Origin: Thraustochytrium aureum
Taxonomy: Eukaryota
Length of the DNA stretch: 20,000 nt
Assembly: GCA_012862495.1 (NCBI GenBank)
Contig: BLSG01000370.1
Location: forward strand, 96,039 to 116,038
Reading direction: 5' to 3'
The number at the start of each line of letters is the position of its first letter. The first letter of the stretch is position 1. Positions 1 to 9,477 of the stretch are shown here, piece by piece. The notes beneath the pieces were generated by a model. It was not told the DNA's origin, ran no database searches, and saw only the letters and a program-made list of their open reading frames with translations. The translations under genes and the position numbers were made by a program.

Positions 1-1879
1 CTTGGTCTTGAGCTCCACGGACGCTTGCTCGGTGGCCGCAATCTTGCGCGCTGCCTCCTCCTGCTTGGCGGCCATCTCCTGCTTGAGGACTTGGAGTTTT
101 TGCTGGGCCTCTTGGCGGGCTCGCTGCTCGAGGACGTGCTTTTTGCGTCAGCTGCTGAAGCGTCTGCTTTGTCTGCGTGATCTCCAGCTCGGCCTGCGAG
201 ACCTGAGACTTTAGCTTCTCGGCGACCTTCTTGGCGAGGTCGAGTTCCTGCGCGTGCTTTTGCTCGGTCTCGGTCAAGGTCGCCTTGAGCGTGTCGATTT
301 GCGAGATCTGCCGCTTGTTGAGCTTGATCGCGTCGAATAGGGTGCGCTCCTTGTCTTCGAGCACGCTGCTCATTTCGGTCACCTTGGCCTGGAGCGACGC
401 GGCCTGCCTTTCCTGCTCCTCGGCGCGCGCTTTGGCGGCGCTCAGGGCCTGCTCGCTCTCCTTGAACGTCTTCATCATTTCCTCGTCCACGTAGACGGAC
501 CCATCCGAGTCGTCCATGTCGGCTGCTAGCCGCGCCGCGTCAATCTCGACGACCGTCTCGTTTACTTTGGCGTCCACCTCGACGCACATGGCGCGCGAGG
601 CGAACTCGAGCGTGGAGAGCGTCTCGCTCGTGCTCGTCTCTGCGGGCGAGACGCAGACCAGCAGCGCCGTTTTGCAGTTGCCGCCGACAGAGCCCTCCAA
701 GATGCGGGTCAGCTTCGAGTCGCGAAAGGGAACGTGCTTGCGCTTGTCTGCGAGCGCCTGGATCACGTTGCCAAGCGCCAAGAGGCTGCCGTTGATGTTG
801 GTGGCCTCCTTAAAGTTCGAGCCGGTCACGCCGCTACGCTTGACGCGCTCGCTTCCCGCCAAGTCGACCACGCTGAGCTGCCCACACGTGGCCTGGATCT
901 TGCGCAGCTGCCCCTCGCCTTCGCCGCCCTGCGCTCGCGCACGCCTCGTCACGCGGACCTGGAACACCGCGTGCGAGCGACTCGAGGACTTGTTCATTTT
1001 GGTCTCGGCGTAAAAGAGCCCGGAGCGGGCGCGCTTAAACGTCTCCAGCATCGATGCTGGCGACTTGCAGTCTACCCAGCACAGCTCGGGGATGCCGCCG
1101 CCCTTTTGAACGTTCAGGTTTTGGCCCTCGCCCTTCTTGTAGCCGGGGTGGAGGAGGTCGTCCACCTGCTCGTTGTACACTTGGAAACCGGCGGCTTGTA
1201 CCGTGTACACGTTGCTCTTGTCCATGGCGGCGCGCGCATACAGCGTGGCTACGAGGCGCGGAAGGATGCCGACTTCCTCCATGTCGCTCACCTCCGTGTT
1301 GAGCAGCGAGTAGGTCTTGCCGGACCCGGTCTGCCCGTACGCAAAGATGCAGCCGTTGAATCCCTTCATCACCTCGACGAGGACGGGCAGGCCCACGCGC
1401 TGAAACACCTCCTTCTGACTAGCGCTCTCCGGGAAGGCGCCGTCTAGCTTGTACGCCTTTTCCTTGCGGTCCATGTGCACCTCTTTGGTCTCGTTCAGGC
1501 AGCTCATCACGTCGGGGCCTGTGCTCACCGCGACCCGCTCATTCTCGGTGNNNNNNNNNNNNNNNNNNNNNNNNNNNNNNNNNNNNNNNNNNNNNNNNNN
1601 NNNNNNNNNNNNNNNNNNNNNNNNNNNNNNNNNNNNNNNNNNNNNNNNNNNNNNNNNNNNNNNNNNNNNNNNNNNNNNNNNNNNNNNNNNNNNNNNNNNN
1701 NNNNNNNNNNNNNNNNNNNNNNNNNNNNNNNNNNNNNNNTCGGTGTCCATCTCTACGGCAGGTAGGTCGCCCGACTCGCGATCCAAGAACGGTCTCGACC
1801 GAGCAAACACCAGCACGCGCCCCGCGGCTGCCGTGGCAGGGGCCGCCTTGCCCCCGACGCTCCCCTTCCTGCTCGCCAT
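1..1879 (-). CDS. Kinesin motor protein (N-terminal motor domain plus coiled-coil stalk), 3' end beyond the window
   Basis: Manual minus-strand translation from ATG at 1879 gives MASRKGSVGG...RVLVFARSRPF, P-loop FAYGQTGSGKT (~1312-1345), QVYNEQVDDLL, switch I NKSSSRSHAVF, switch II VVDLAGSER, INGSLLALGNVIQAL, HVPFRDSKLTRIL and ETLSTLEFASRA. An E/K/A/Q-rich coiled-coil follows with no stop before position 1. The frame is preserved across the 1551-1739 gap. Confidence 0.95.
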   Translation of the reverse strand, partial: MASRKGSVGGKAAPATAAAGRVLVFARSRPFLDRESGDLPAVEMDTXXXXXXXXXXXXXXXXXXXXXXXXXXXXXXXXXXXXXXXXXXXXXXXXXXXXXXXXXXXXXXXXTENERVAVSTGPDVMSCLNETKEVHMDRKEKAYKLDGAFPESASQKEVFQRVGLPVLVEVMKGFNGCIFAYGQTGSGKTYSLLNTEVSDMEEVGILPRLVATLYARAAMDKSNVYTVQAAGFQVYNEQVDDLLHPGYKKGEGQNLNVQKGGGIPELCWVDCKSPASMLETFKRARSGLFYAETKMNKSSSRSHAVFQVRVTRRARAQGGEGEGQLRKIQATCGQLSVVDLAGSERVKRSGVTGSNFKEATNINGSLLALGNVIQALADKRKHVPFRDSKLTRILEGSVGGNCKTALLVCVSPAETSTSETLSTLEFASRAMCVEVDAKVNETVVEIDAARLAADMDDSDGSVYVDEEMMKTFKESEQALSAAKARAEEQERQAASLQAKVTEMSSVLEDKERTLFDAIKLNKRQISQIDTLKATLTETEQKHAQELDLAKKVAEKLKSQVSQAELEITQTKQTLQQLTQKARPRAASPPRGPAKTPSPQAGDGRQAGGGSAQDCGHRASVRGAQDQ

Positions 1880-2175
1880 CTTCCCAGTCTCAGCGCGCCC
1901 CGAGCAAGCCAACAGAGGGCGGCGTGTAAGTCCGCGACCCGCTTCCACCCAAGCCCGTCAGCCGAGCGCGCGTCAGAGGCCGCCGAGCCGCAAGCCTCGA
2001 CTGCCGCCGCCAACCTCGCCAGCGGGGTCGGTNACCCAGGCAGGTCCACGAGCATAAAGCGCCGTCGGCCACGCACACGAGCGAGCGTCAAGAGCACACA
2101 GCCCGTCGCGCCCCAATCCAACACAAGCCTGCGTGCAGGTCGCAGCGCGCTGGAGCTCTAGAGCAGCGCTCCTCG

Positions 2176-2580
2176 ATGGCGGGCGGTAGCGAGCGAGGCT
2201 GCCGTGCCCGATCGAAACGAATGACCACTGCCCCCGATTGGAGTCTACCGAGCGAATCCCGCGGCGCGCTCGAGCCAAATCCGCGGCGCAGCAGCTCGAT
2301 GCGAGCGGCGCGCAGTTTAGCCGATATCGTCGCGGAGGCAGCCGCGTCTTGGACAACCACGCAGGTGTCCGTTGGAAATGGATACGTTGGAGCCGTTCGG
2401 CGTTGGCTGTTGCGGACTCGAGATCGGACGCGGCGCGGTTGTCGTGGACTTGGCCTGCTCGTTGTCTTCGTTGCCGCGGTTTCATTTCACTTCAACGGCC
2501 TTTGGTTTAGTTTGGTGCTGTTTCTGGTGCTGCTGTGGCTTGGCGCGCCGCAGTCGCGCGCAGCGGAGGCCGCGCAGTAG
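2176..2580 (+). CDS. Hypothetical small protein with a C-terminal hydrophobic (possible transmembrane hairpin) segment
   Basis: 134-aa ATG-initiated ORF between kinesin and Rab28. The C-terminus GLGLLVVFVAAVSFHFNGLWFSLVLFLVLLWLGA is strongly hydrophobic. No family recognised. Confidence 0.3.
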   Translation: MAGGSERGCRARSKRMTTAPDWSLPSESRGALEPNPRRSSSMRAARSLADIVAEAAASWTTTQVSVGNGYVGAVRRWLLRTRDRTRRGCRGLGLLVVFVAAVSFHFNGLWFSLVLFLVLLWLGAPQSRAAEAAQ

Positions 2581-2784
2581 TCGCGCGCAGTCGATCCAAG
2601 CTGGACGATTTTTGCACGGGAAGCCCGCAACGCAAGTGCGCAGGCCAAGTCGAAGCCGCGCTGTCTGTCGAGGCGAGCGCGGCTCTCGGTGGCAGCTGCT
2701 CCTAGCAGGGCCAATAATAAAATAGCCCGTGGGCGACCGCAAACGCGTTGAGGCGCGCGGGCCGCAGCGTGAGCGTTTGACAGG

Positions 2785-3601
2785 ATGGAGTCGAAACGCG
2801 AGGGAAAGGAGGACGAGTTTCGCAGCCTCGGCAACTCGAGGAGCAACTTGACAGGCCCAGCGCTTTTTGGAGCAAGGGGCAAGCGGAACAGCTTCGGCCC
2901 GACGCCGGCTTCTGAAGCCAAGCTCGTCGATGAGAGCGACGAGGAAGACGAGCCCACGCAGGTGCAAGTACAAAGTGATCTTGTGCGGCGATGGCGCAGT
3001 GGGCAAGACCTCGATCGCAACGCGATTCACACAAGACCACTTTCAAAAGTCGTACAAGCAGACAATCGGGCTCGACTTTTTCATCAAAAGGCTCGTGCTC
3101 CCAGGCGAAGTCAACGTCGCGTTGCAGATCTGGGACATTGGTGGCCAGTCGATCGGGTCGCGAATGCTGCAAAACTACATTTTCGGCGCCGACGCGGTCC
3201 TGCTCTGCTATGACGTCACCAACTACCAGAGCTTCCAAAACCTGGAGGACTGGTTCCGCCTCGTCAAGCGCACCTTTGCAGATCGTACCATGCCCTACGT
3301 CGCACTCGTTGCAAACAAAGTAGACCTCAACCACCTGCGCGCCGTGACCGAGGACAAGCACAACGAGTTTGCAGACGAGAACGACTTTTACTCGTACAGC
3401 ATGTCGGCCAAAAGCGGCGACAACGTCAGGGGCTGCTTCCACCGCATCGCAGCAGACCTTGCAGATGTCGTGCTCACGCGCCCAGAGTTTCAAGTCGCCC
3501 ACCAGGTTGTCAAGGCCGAGATCGTCGAGCACGAGAAGGACGACCCCAATGTTGTTGCACCAAATGTTGCGCTTCAGGGCAGCAAGTGCTTGATCTCGTA
3601 G
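2785..3601 (+). CDS. RAB28: Rab28 small GTPase (apparent 1-nt frameshift near 2965-2968)
   Basis: Motifs YKVILCGDGAVGKTS, YKQTIGLDFF, LQIWDIGGQSIG (the DIGGQ variant is typical of Rab28), YDVTNYQSFQNLEDW, NKVDL, SAK and C-terminal CaaX CLIS. The acidic DESDEEDE N-terminus typical of Rab28 lies in the upstream frame (ATG 2785) and joins if one A in 'gtgcaagtac' is removed. Confidence 0.9.
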
Positions 3602-5208
3602 CCGCCATGCCGCGATCATGATAGGCAGGCCGAGAGTGTGCGCTCGGCTGCCGCATTTTCGGCAAAGTGTGGTTGGGCTCGAGAGGCCTGCACAGAATTG
3701 GAATCCTGTGCGCTAACGTATTTTCAATCACTCCTGGAAGCTTTTTCGGTTTGGCTGCCACGGACGACAGCTTTGCGAGCTGCCAAGGCTTGGGCAGCAA
3801 CGATGGGCGCACCGCTGCTAGCCAGATGTGCCCCATGCAAGGCCGGTAGTTTCCTCGCGTGGGCGCTGCAGTTGATCGAAATGGCAGCGGTGCGGTGTTC
3901 GCGCCAGAGTCGCTCAAACACCATCGCAGAGCAACGTACTCTAGTATAGCCAGCTTCACCAAGCGTCGGTCGGCAGTCCTCGCACCAGCGAAAGCTGCGC
4001 AAAAGGCGGGGTTGCCAAGGGTGGCTCAAGGTGCTGCGCTCACTCGCCGCGCGTTGTCCAAGGTCGATCAGCAAAACNCGAAGCGCGGCGCCGCGTCCGC
4101 CCCGCCCGCANNNNNNNNNNNNNNNNNNNNNNNNNNNNNNNNNNNNNNNNNNNNNNNNNNNNNNNNNNNNNNNNNNNNNNNNNNNNNNNNNNNNNNNNNN
4201 NNNNNNNNNNNNNNNNNNNNNNNNNNNNNNNNNNNNNNNNNNNNNNNNNNNNNNNNNNNNNNNNNNNNNNNNNNNNNNNNNNNNNNNNNNNNNNNNNNNN
4301 NNNNNNNNNNNNNNNNNNNNNNNNNNNNNNNNNNNNNNNNNNNNNNNNNNNNNNNNNNNNNNNNNNNNNNNNNNNNNNNNNNNNNNNNNNNNNNNNNNNN
4401 NNNNNNNNNNNNNNNNNNNNNNNNNNNNNNNNNNNNNNNNNNNNNNNNNNNNNNNNNNNNNNNNNNNNNNNNNNNNNNNNNNNNNNNNNNNNNNNNNNNN
4501 NNNNNNNNNNNNNNNNNNNNNNNNNNNNNNNNNNNNNNNNNNNNNNNNNNNNNNNNNNNNNNNNNNNNNNNNNNNNNNNNNNNNNNNNNNNNNNNNNNNN
4601 NNNNNNNNNNNNNNNNNNNNNNNNNNNNNNNNNNNNNNNNNNNNNNNNNNNNNNNNNNNNNNNNNNNNNNNNNNNNNNNNNNNNNNNNNNNNNNNNNNNN
4701 NNNNNNNNNNNNNNNNNNNNNNNNNNNNNNNNNNNNNNNNNNNNNNNNNNNNNNNNNNNNNNNNNNNNNNNNNNNNNNNNNNNNNNNNNNNNNNNNNNNN
4801 NNNNNNNNNNNNNNNNNNNNNNNNNNNNNNNNNNNNNNNNNNNNNNNNNNNNNNNNNNNNNNNNNNNNNNNNNNNNNNNNNNNNNNNNNNNNNNNNNNNN
4901 NNNNNNNNNNNNNNNNNNNNNNNNNNNNNNNNNNNNNNNNNNNNNNNNNNNNNNNNNNNNNNTTTGCGGGTGGAGGCGCGCGAGGCCGGTCAACGGCGCA
5001 CCCCGACGTGTGGACGACGGCGTTATCTGCGCGCGTACGTGCGTGCGCATCCGTGGCCGCCAAAGGTCGGCGCGGAGAACGAGAAGGACCGGGTTACGCG
5101 ACGCGCGGCCTCACGCTCGCGCTCTGCTGCTGCCGACAGTCAAAGACGACGACGGACCCGGGCCAACCTGAGCCTGTCCCCCCGTCTCTGCCCCGGACCG
5201 CACCGCGT

Positions 5209-6582
5209 ATGTGGATGAATCAATATCGCAGAGACAGCGGCGAAATCATGGAAAACAAACTGGACACACTTCCACACGACATTTCAACCCGGCGAAAGCA
5301 CGAGGCCGAGGCCGGCGACTGCGTGCGCGCAGACCTGCAACAAACACAAACCGTTAGCGGGGCTTTCGCCCAGGCTGGCCACGGCAAGCAGCGCAGCAAC
5401 GAACTTGCACCCGATGGCGGCCCCGGAGCAGGCCACGGCCAAGGCGAAACACTCGTAAATGGCGCGAGCTCGGCCCGGTTGGACGCGCGCAGCGCCTTTA
5501 TCTCGGTCTCGACTGGGGTGCAGCTGGCGCCGCCGCAGGCTCAAGAATTAACACAAGTACACGCAAACGGTTTTGGGGAAGACGGCTCAGCAACATCGAG
5601 CGGGATCCCGTTCATGGCAGGGTTTCCCGGCGAGTCGGGCCCAGAGCATGCCGGCAGTCAGGGGGGGGGAGGGCCCCGAGGTGGCCACCGTGGAGGACGG
5701 CAAAAGGGCTTCCACAGCGGTGTCGGGCGATCGCACGGACGTCGGGGAAACGGTGGGTCTGGCCATCAAGGCAGCAGGCCCGAGATCGCATCTCCCAACG
5801 GCGGCCAGCCTCGAGGGCGCAGACAAAGCCAGCACGGTGGCGGAGAAGGCTGGACATCAGAAAAGGCCAAGCCAACAGCTGGCTACACGTGCAAGATCTG
5901 CGGCAAGCAGGGCGGGGCGGTCGACTCGCATTGGTTTCAGCTTTGCCCGAGCAGCAGCGCGCAGCAGTCGAGCGGGCCGCGGACCTTCAAACCGCCACGT
6001 GAAGGATACGTATGCAAGCTGTGCGGTCAGGTTGGGGGCAAGCCAAACTCGCACTGGTTTCAGCAGTGCCCGTCAAGGGCTCCCGACTTCAGCGCGATGC
6101 AGGTTCCTGGATACGGCCCGCGGCCGGCGATGGGCCCGGCCCTGCTGCCTGGCATGCTGATGCAACCGCCGCCCTTTGGCGAGTACCATCAAGTCATGTA
6201 CTTGCCATCAAACCAGCTCTACTTTATGCAGGCGCTGCCACAGCAGATCCCGGGCGGGGGGGCGCCACCGGCGCACTCGCCAACCAGCCAAGCGCCCCCG
6301 ATGCACGCCCTGATGCAGCACTCGCCTGGGACACCGATCGCGCAGCACTCGTTCGGGTATTCTCCGCAAGTCCTCTACCCGACATCAGCTGCGGGAAGCC
6401 CTGTCGGCTCCCACCCCGCGTTGGGCGGCGTGCCAGGGTCGCCACCATTTGCCTTGCAGCGCCACGAGTATGCCGTCTACCAGGCAGGTCAGCGCCAGCC
6501 CGAGATGGACGTCCCGCGGTCCAGTGCTTCCAGCGGTTTGGACGGGACTGCGGCGGGGGAGCAGGGATATGCATCTCAGTAA
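5209..6582 (+). CDS. Low-complexity putative RNA-binding protein with two CCHC-type zinc knuckles
   Basis: Long open frame with an RGG/GR-rich segment, two repeats (KPTAGYTCKICGKQGGAVDSHWFQLCP and KPPREGYVCKLCGQVGGKPNSHWFQQCP) and a P/Q/S-rich C-terminus. The start is uncertain and may lie upstream or in the gap. Confidence 0.7.
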   Translation: MWMNQYRRDSGEIMENKLDTLPHDISTRRKHEAEAGDCVRADLQQTQTVSGAFAQAGHGKQRSNELAPDGGPGAGHGQGETLVNGASSARLDARSAFISVSTGVQLAPPQAQELTQVHANGFGEDGSATSSGIPFMAGFPGESGPEHAGSQGGGGPRGGHRGGRQKGFHSGVGRSHGRRGNGGSGHQGSRPEIASPNGGQPRGRRQSQHGGGEGWTSEKAKPTAGYTCKICGKQGGAVDSHWFQLCPSSSAQQSSGPRTFKPPREGYVCKLCGQVGGKPNSHWFQQCPSRAPDFSAMQVPGYGPRPAMGPALLPGMLMQPPPFGEYHQVMYLPSNQLYFMQALPQQIPGGGAPPAHSPTSQAPPMHALMQHSPGTPIAQHSFGYSPQVLYPTSAAGSPVGSHPALGGVPGSPPFALQRHEYAVYQAGQRQPEMDVPRSSASSGLDGTAAGEQGYASQ

Positions 6583-6866
6583 GGTCTCGCCTTCCGTGCT
6601 GGCGCTGATCAACACACGCCGCTTCGTAAGGGGACCATCCCTGCAAGGAGAATGGCGCGTCCGCTACGTTCTCCATAGAAAGCGAAGATACAGTAACTAG
6701 CTTTGTTGAGAGCAGACAGACGGCCAGCACTCGGGCAGCGCAATCGGCCTGCCAGCTCCAGAGAGAGCATTCCGAACGACGGAAAGAAAAACGTAAAACG
6801 TTTGCAGGTCGTCTGAGGTTGCGAGCGATCGTCAGAAGGTAAATTAGACGCACAAGCGGGCGATCG

Positions 6867-7726
6867 TCAGCAGGTAAAATAGACGCACAAGATGTCGCTC
6901 ATGTTGCACTCTTGTCGGCACAGCGGGCACTCGCCCTTCACAGCGACCGCCTCCATCACATGCTCAAAGCAAAACATGTGGCCGCATGGTGGGCAGGCGC
7001 CGTCCGTCACAGGGCAGAGGCAAATCCCGCACTTGACGTCTTCCATGCCCCTCTCGTGGCGGTCGTCCCTCGCCAGCGCTGAAAGTGCGGCCTCTCCGTC
7101 GTCGTCAGCGAGGTCCTCGTCCGCCCCACTTGCCAGCGCAGGAACTACAGCTTGTGGGGAGCTCGTTCCCGCCCTTCTGCCTCGCGAGCCTTCGTCGGGC
7201 GAATCGTGAACGAGACCCCACGCGCGCGCGACCGCGCCCAAGCCGTCACGAACAGACGCAGCCGACTCTATCGCGAGCTGCGTAAGGAGAAACCAACCAA
7301 GAATCGAGTACGAGGGACGCTCTACTTGAGGCTCGCGCGTAAACGCGTACCGCGCGCCTGCGAGGCGCTTCGACCAGTCGTAAAACTCGCCACGCAAGTA
7401 GAAAACTGCGAGGTGAGCTCGGTACAAAAAGCTAGACCAGCTCAGCAGCCAGGGCACGACCGCGCGCCGCCCGAAGAGCGACGCGGCAAAGCTCCAGGTC
7501 GACCTCGCTGCGTTGTCTGACCGGTTTCGTCCCTTCTGCGGCGCCCTCCAGTTGCCTCCGGGTCCGTTCAATCATCTGCTGCCGGATTGCATCAGCGCGC
7601 TCGCGCGCTGTTAAGGGCTTGCGAAACAGGGCCAGGAGCGGCTTCCAGCCCCCACTCTGCAGCCGCTTGCTCATGTAACGGCGCAACCACAGCGATAAAA
7701 GCAGCGCCAAGCGGTTGCGCAGGCGC
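6867..7726 (-). CDS. PEX10: Peroxisome biogenesis factor 10 (RING peroxin); 5' part in gap, apparent frameshift ~7500-7570
   Basis: The Pex2/Pex12-domain motif RAHLAVFYLRGEFYDWSKRLAGARY...RPSYSILG is characteristic of PEX10. It is followed by the C-terminal RING CGICLCPVTDGACPPCGHMFCFEHVMEAVAVKGECPLCRQ. Confidence 0.85.
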
Positions 7727-8470
7727 NNNNNNNNNNNNNNNNNNNNNNNNNNNNNNNNNNNNNNNNNNNNNNNNNNNNNNNNNNNNNNNNNNNNNNNNNN
7801 NNNNNNNNNNNNNNNNNNNNNNNNNNNNNNNNNNNNNNNNNNNNNNNNNNNNNNNNNNNNNNNNNNNNNNNNNNNNNNNNNNNNNNNNNNNNNNNNNNNN
7901 NNNNNNNNNNNNNNNNNNNNNNNNNNNNNNNNNNNNNNNNNNNNNNNNNNNNNNNNNNNNNNNNNNNNNNNNNNNNNNNNNNNNNNNNNNNNNNNNNNNN
8001 NNNNNNNNNNNNNNNNNNNNNNNNNNNNNNNNNNNNNNNNNNNNNNNNNNNNNNNNNNNNNNNNNNNNNNNNNNNNNNNNNNNNNNNNNNNNNNNNNNNN
8101 NNNNNNNNNNNNNNNNNNNNNNNNNNNNNNNNNNNNNNNNNNNNNNNNNNNNNNNNNNNNNNNNNNNNNNNNNNNNNNNNNNNNNNNNNNNNNNNNNNNN
8201 NNNNNNNNNNNNNNNNNNNNNNNNNNNNNNNNNNNNNNNNNNNNNNNNNNNNNNNNNNNNNNNNNNNNNNNNNNNNNNNNNNNNNNNNNNNNNNNNNNNN
8301 NNNNNNNNNNNNNNNNNNNNNNNNNNNNNNNNNNNNNNNNNNNNNNNNNNNNNNNNNNNNNNNNNNNNNNNNNNNNNNNNNNNNNNNNNNNNNNNNNNNN
8401 NNNNNNNNNNNNNNNNNNNNNNNNNNNNNNNNNNNNNNNNNNNNNNNNNNNNNNNNNNNNNNNNNNNNNC

Positions 8471-8516
8471 GCCGCGCAGGTCAAAGTCGCCGCGCAGGTC
8501 AAAGTCGCCGCGCAGG
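8471..8516 (+). repeat. 18-bp tandem repeat (gccgcgcaggtcaaagtc), about 2.5 visible copies, abutting a gap
   Basis: Direct reading: gccgcgcaggtcaaagtc gccgcgcaggtcaaagtc gccgcgcagg. The array may continue into the N-run. Confidence 0.8.
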
Positions 8517-9477
8517 TTTGCAGTTGGCGAAGTTTACGCACCCGCGGGCGCGCTTCTTTCTTCGGCAAAAGGCGTGCTTTCATTGCTGTCGCGACTCGTC
8601 ACAGTGGACAAGAAAACGCAAATCTGAACAGCTTCGAGTTCACATTTGACTATGTCAACATGCAGCTGTGTTGCTGTGTTGATGTTGTGCTTGTGTCACT
8701 CGCCTCGGTTGTCAGGCTTTTGAGAAGCGACAGGCTTGGAAAATCAGCGCAGGGTCGTTTGCCGACTAACCCACAAGGCTACAAGCCACAAGCAGCGACG
8801 CCGGCCATCGCTGCTCCTGAAGCTGAGCGCGACCAGGCCCGGCTCTGCGCCGCAAGTTGCCGCGCTCGCCGTAAAATTTCGGAAGAGCAAGCCATAGGCT
8901 AGTTAGAGTACCTTCTCGAGCAGAGCGGGTGATGGATCCGTTACGCCCTCGCACTTGCACACCAAGCACATCTGCTCTGAAAGGAAGCTGGTCGCCGAAC
9001 CAACAAGCAACACCTCAGGGCACTTGTTTGAGGTGGCGTAAAAGCCAGTGCAGGCTGCTTGAGGATTGCTTTTTTTATGATGCTCCATGCAAGTGTGAAC
9101 CTCTGCCATTCTCCTGCTGAGCAGGCAGCGTGTTGTTAGATCCTATCGGCGCGGAGCAGCCTATGCATCCATCAAAGCCGACGCAGACGAAACGTAGAAA
9201 AGCGCCGACAAAAACAACAGATTGGTCAGAATTGGAAGAAATGAGTCTCCGCCCGTCGCGGGCAGAGGCCCTCCAGTTTTAAGGAATGCTAGGCCGACGA
9301 AGAAGCGAGGCTGCAGCCAGCCCAGTTTTGGCCACGCTGCAAACTCGATTCGCGCCAAACCTCGAAGCGCAGGTTCGTGCCTGTATTTTAAAGCCTAATT
9401 CGAGCGTGGCTTCGGCTTCGAGCCAGGGTTGCTCCCGACCGCTGTAGAAGGCTGCTCTCAACGCTGCAAAGAAGAAA

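Noticed and set aside
2..1447. Plus-strand ORFs 2-214, 231-494, 516-1013 and 734-1447
   Set aside because: These are antisense shadows of the minus-strand kinesin.
3859..5208. N-terminal half of the 907-aa ORF and other long ORFs spanning N-runs
   Set aside because: Their length is an artefact of translating through gaps, and continuity is unsupported.
8471..8516. Short direct repeats here and at 15683-15739 as CRISPR-like arrays
   Set aside because: They are head-to-tail repeats without spacers, there are no cas genes, and the context is eukaryotic.
8520..9477. Short ORFs upstream of the rhodopsin as retinal-biosynthesis or accessory genes
   Set aside because: No recognisable motifs. The region is more AT-rich and is most simply read as intergenic/promoter sequence.
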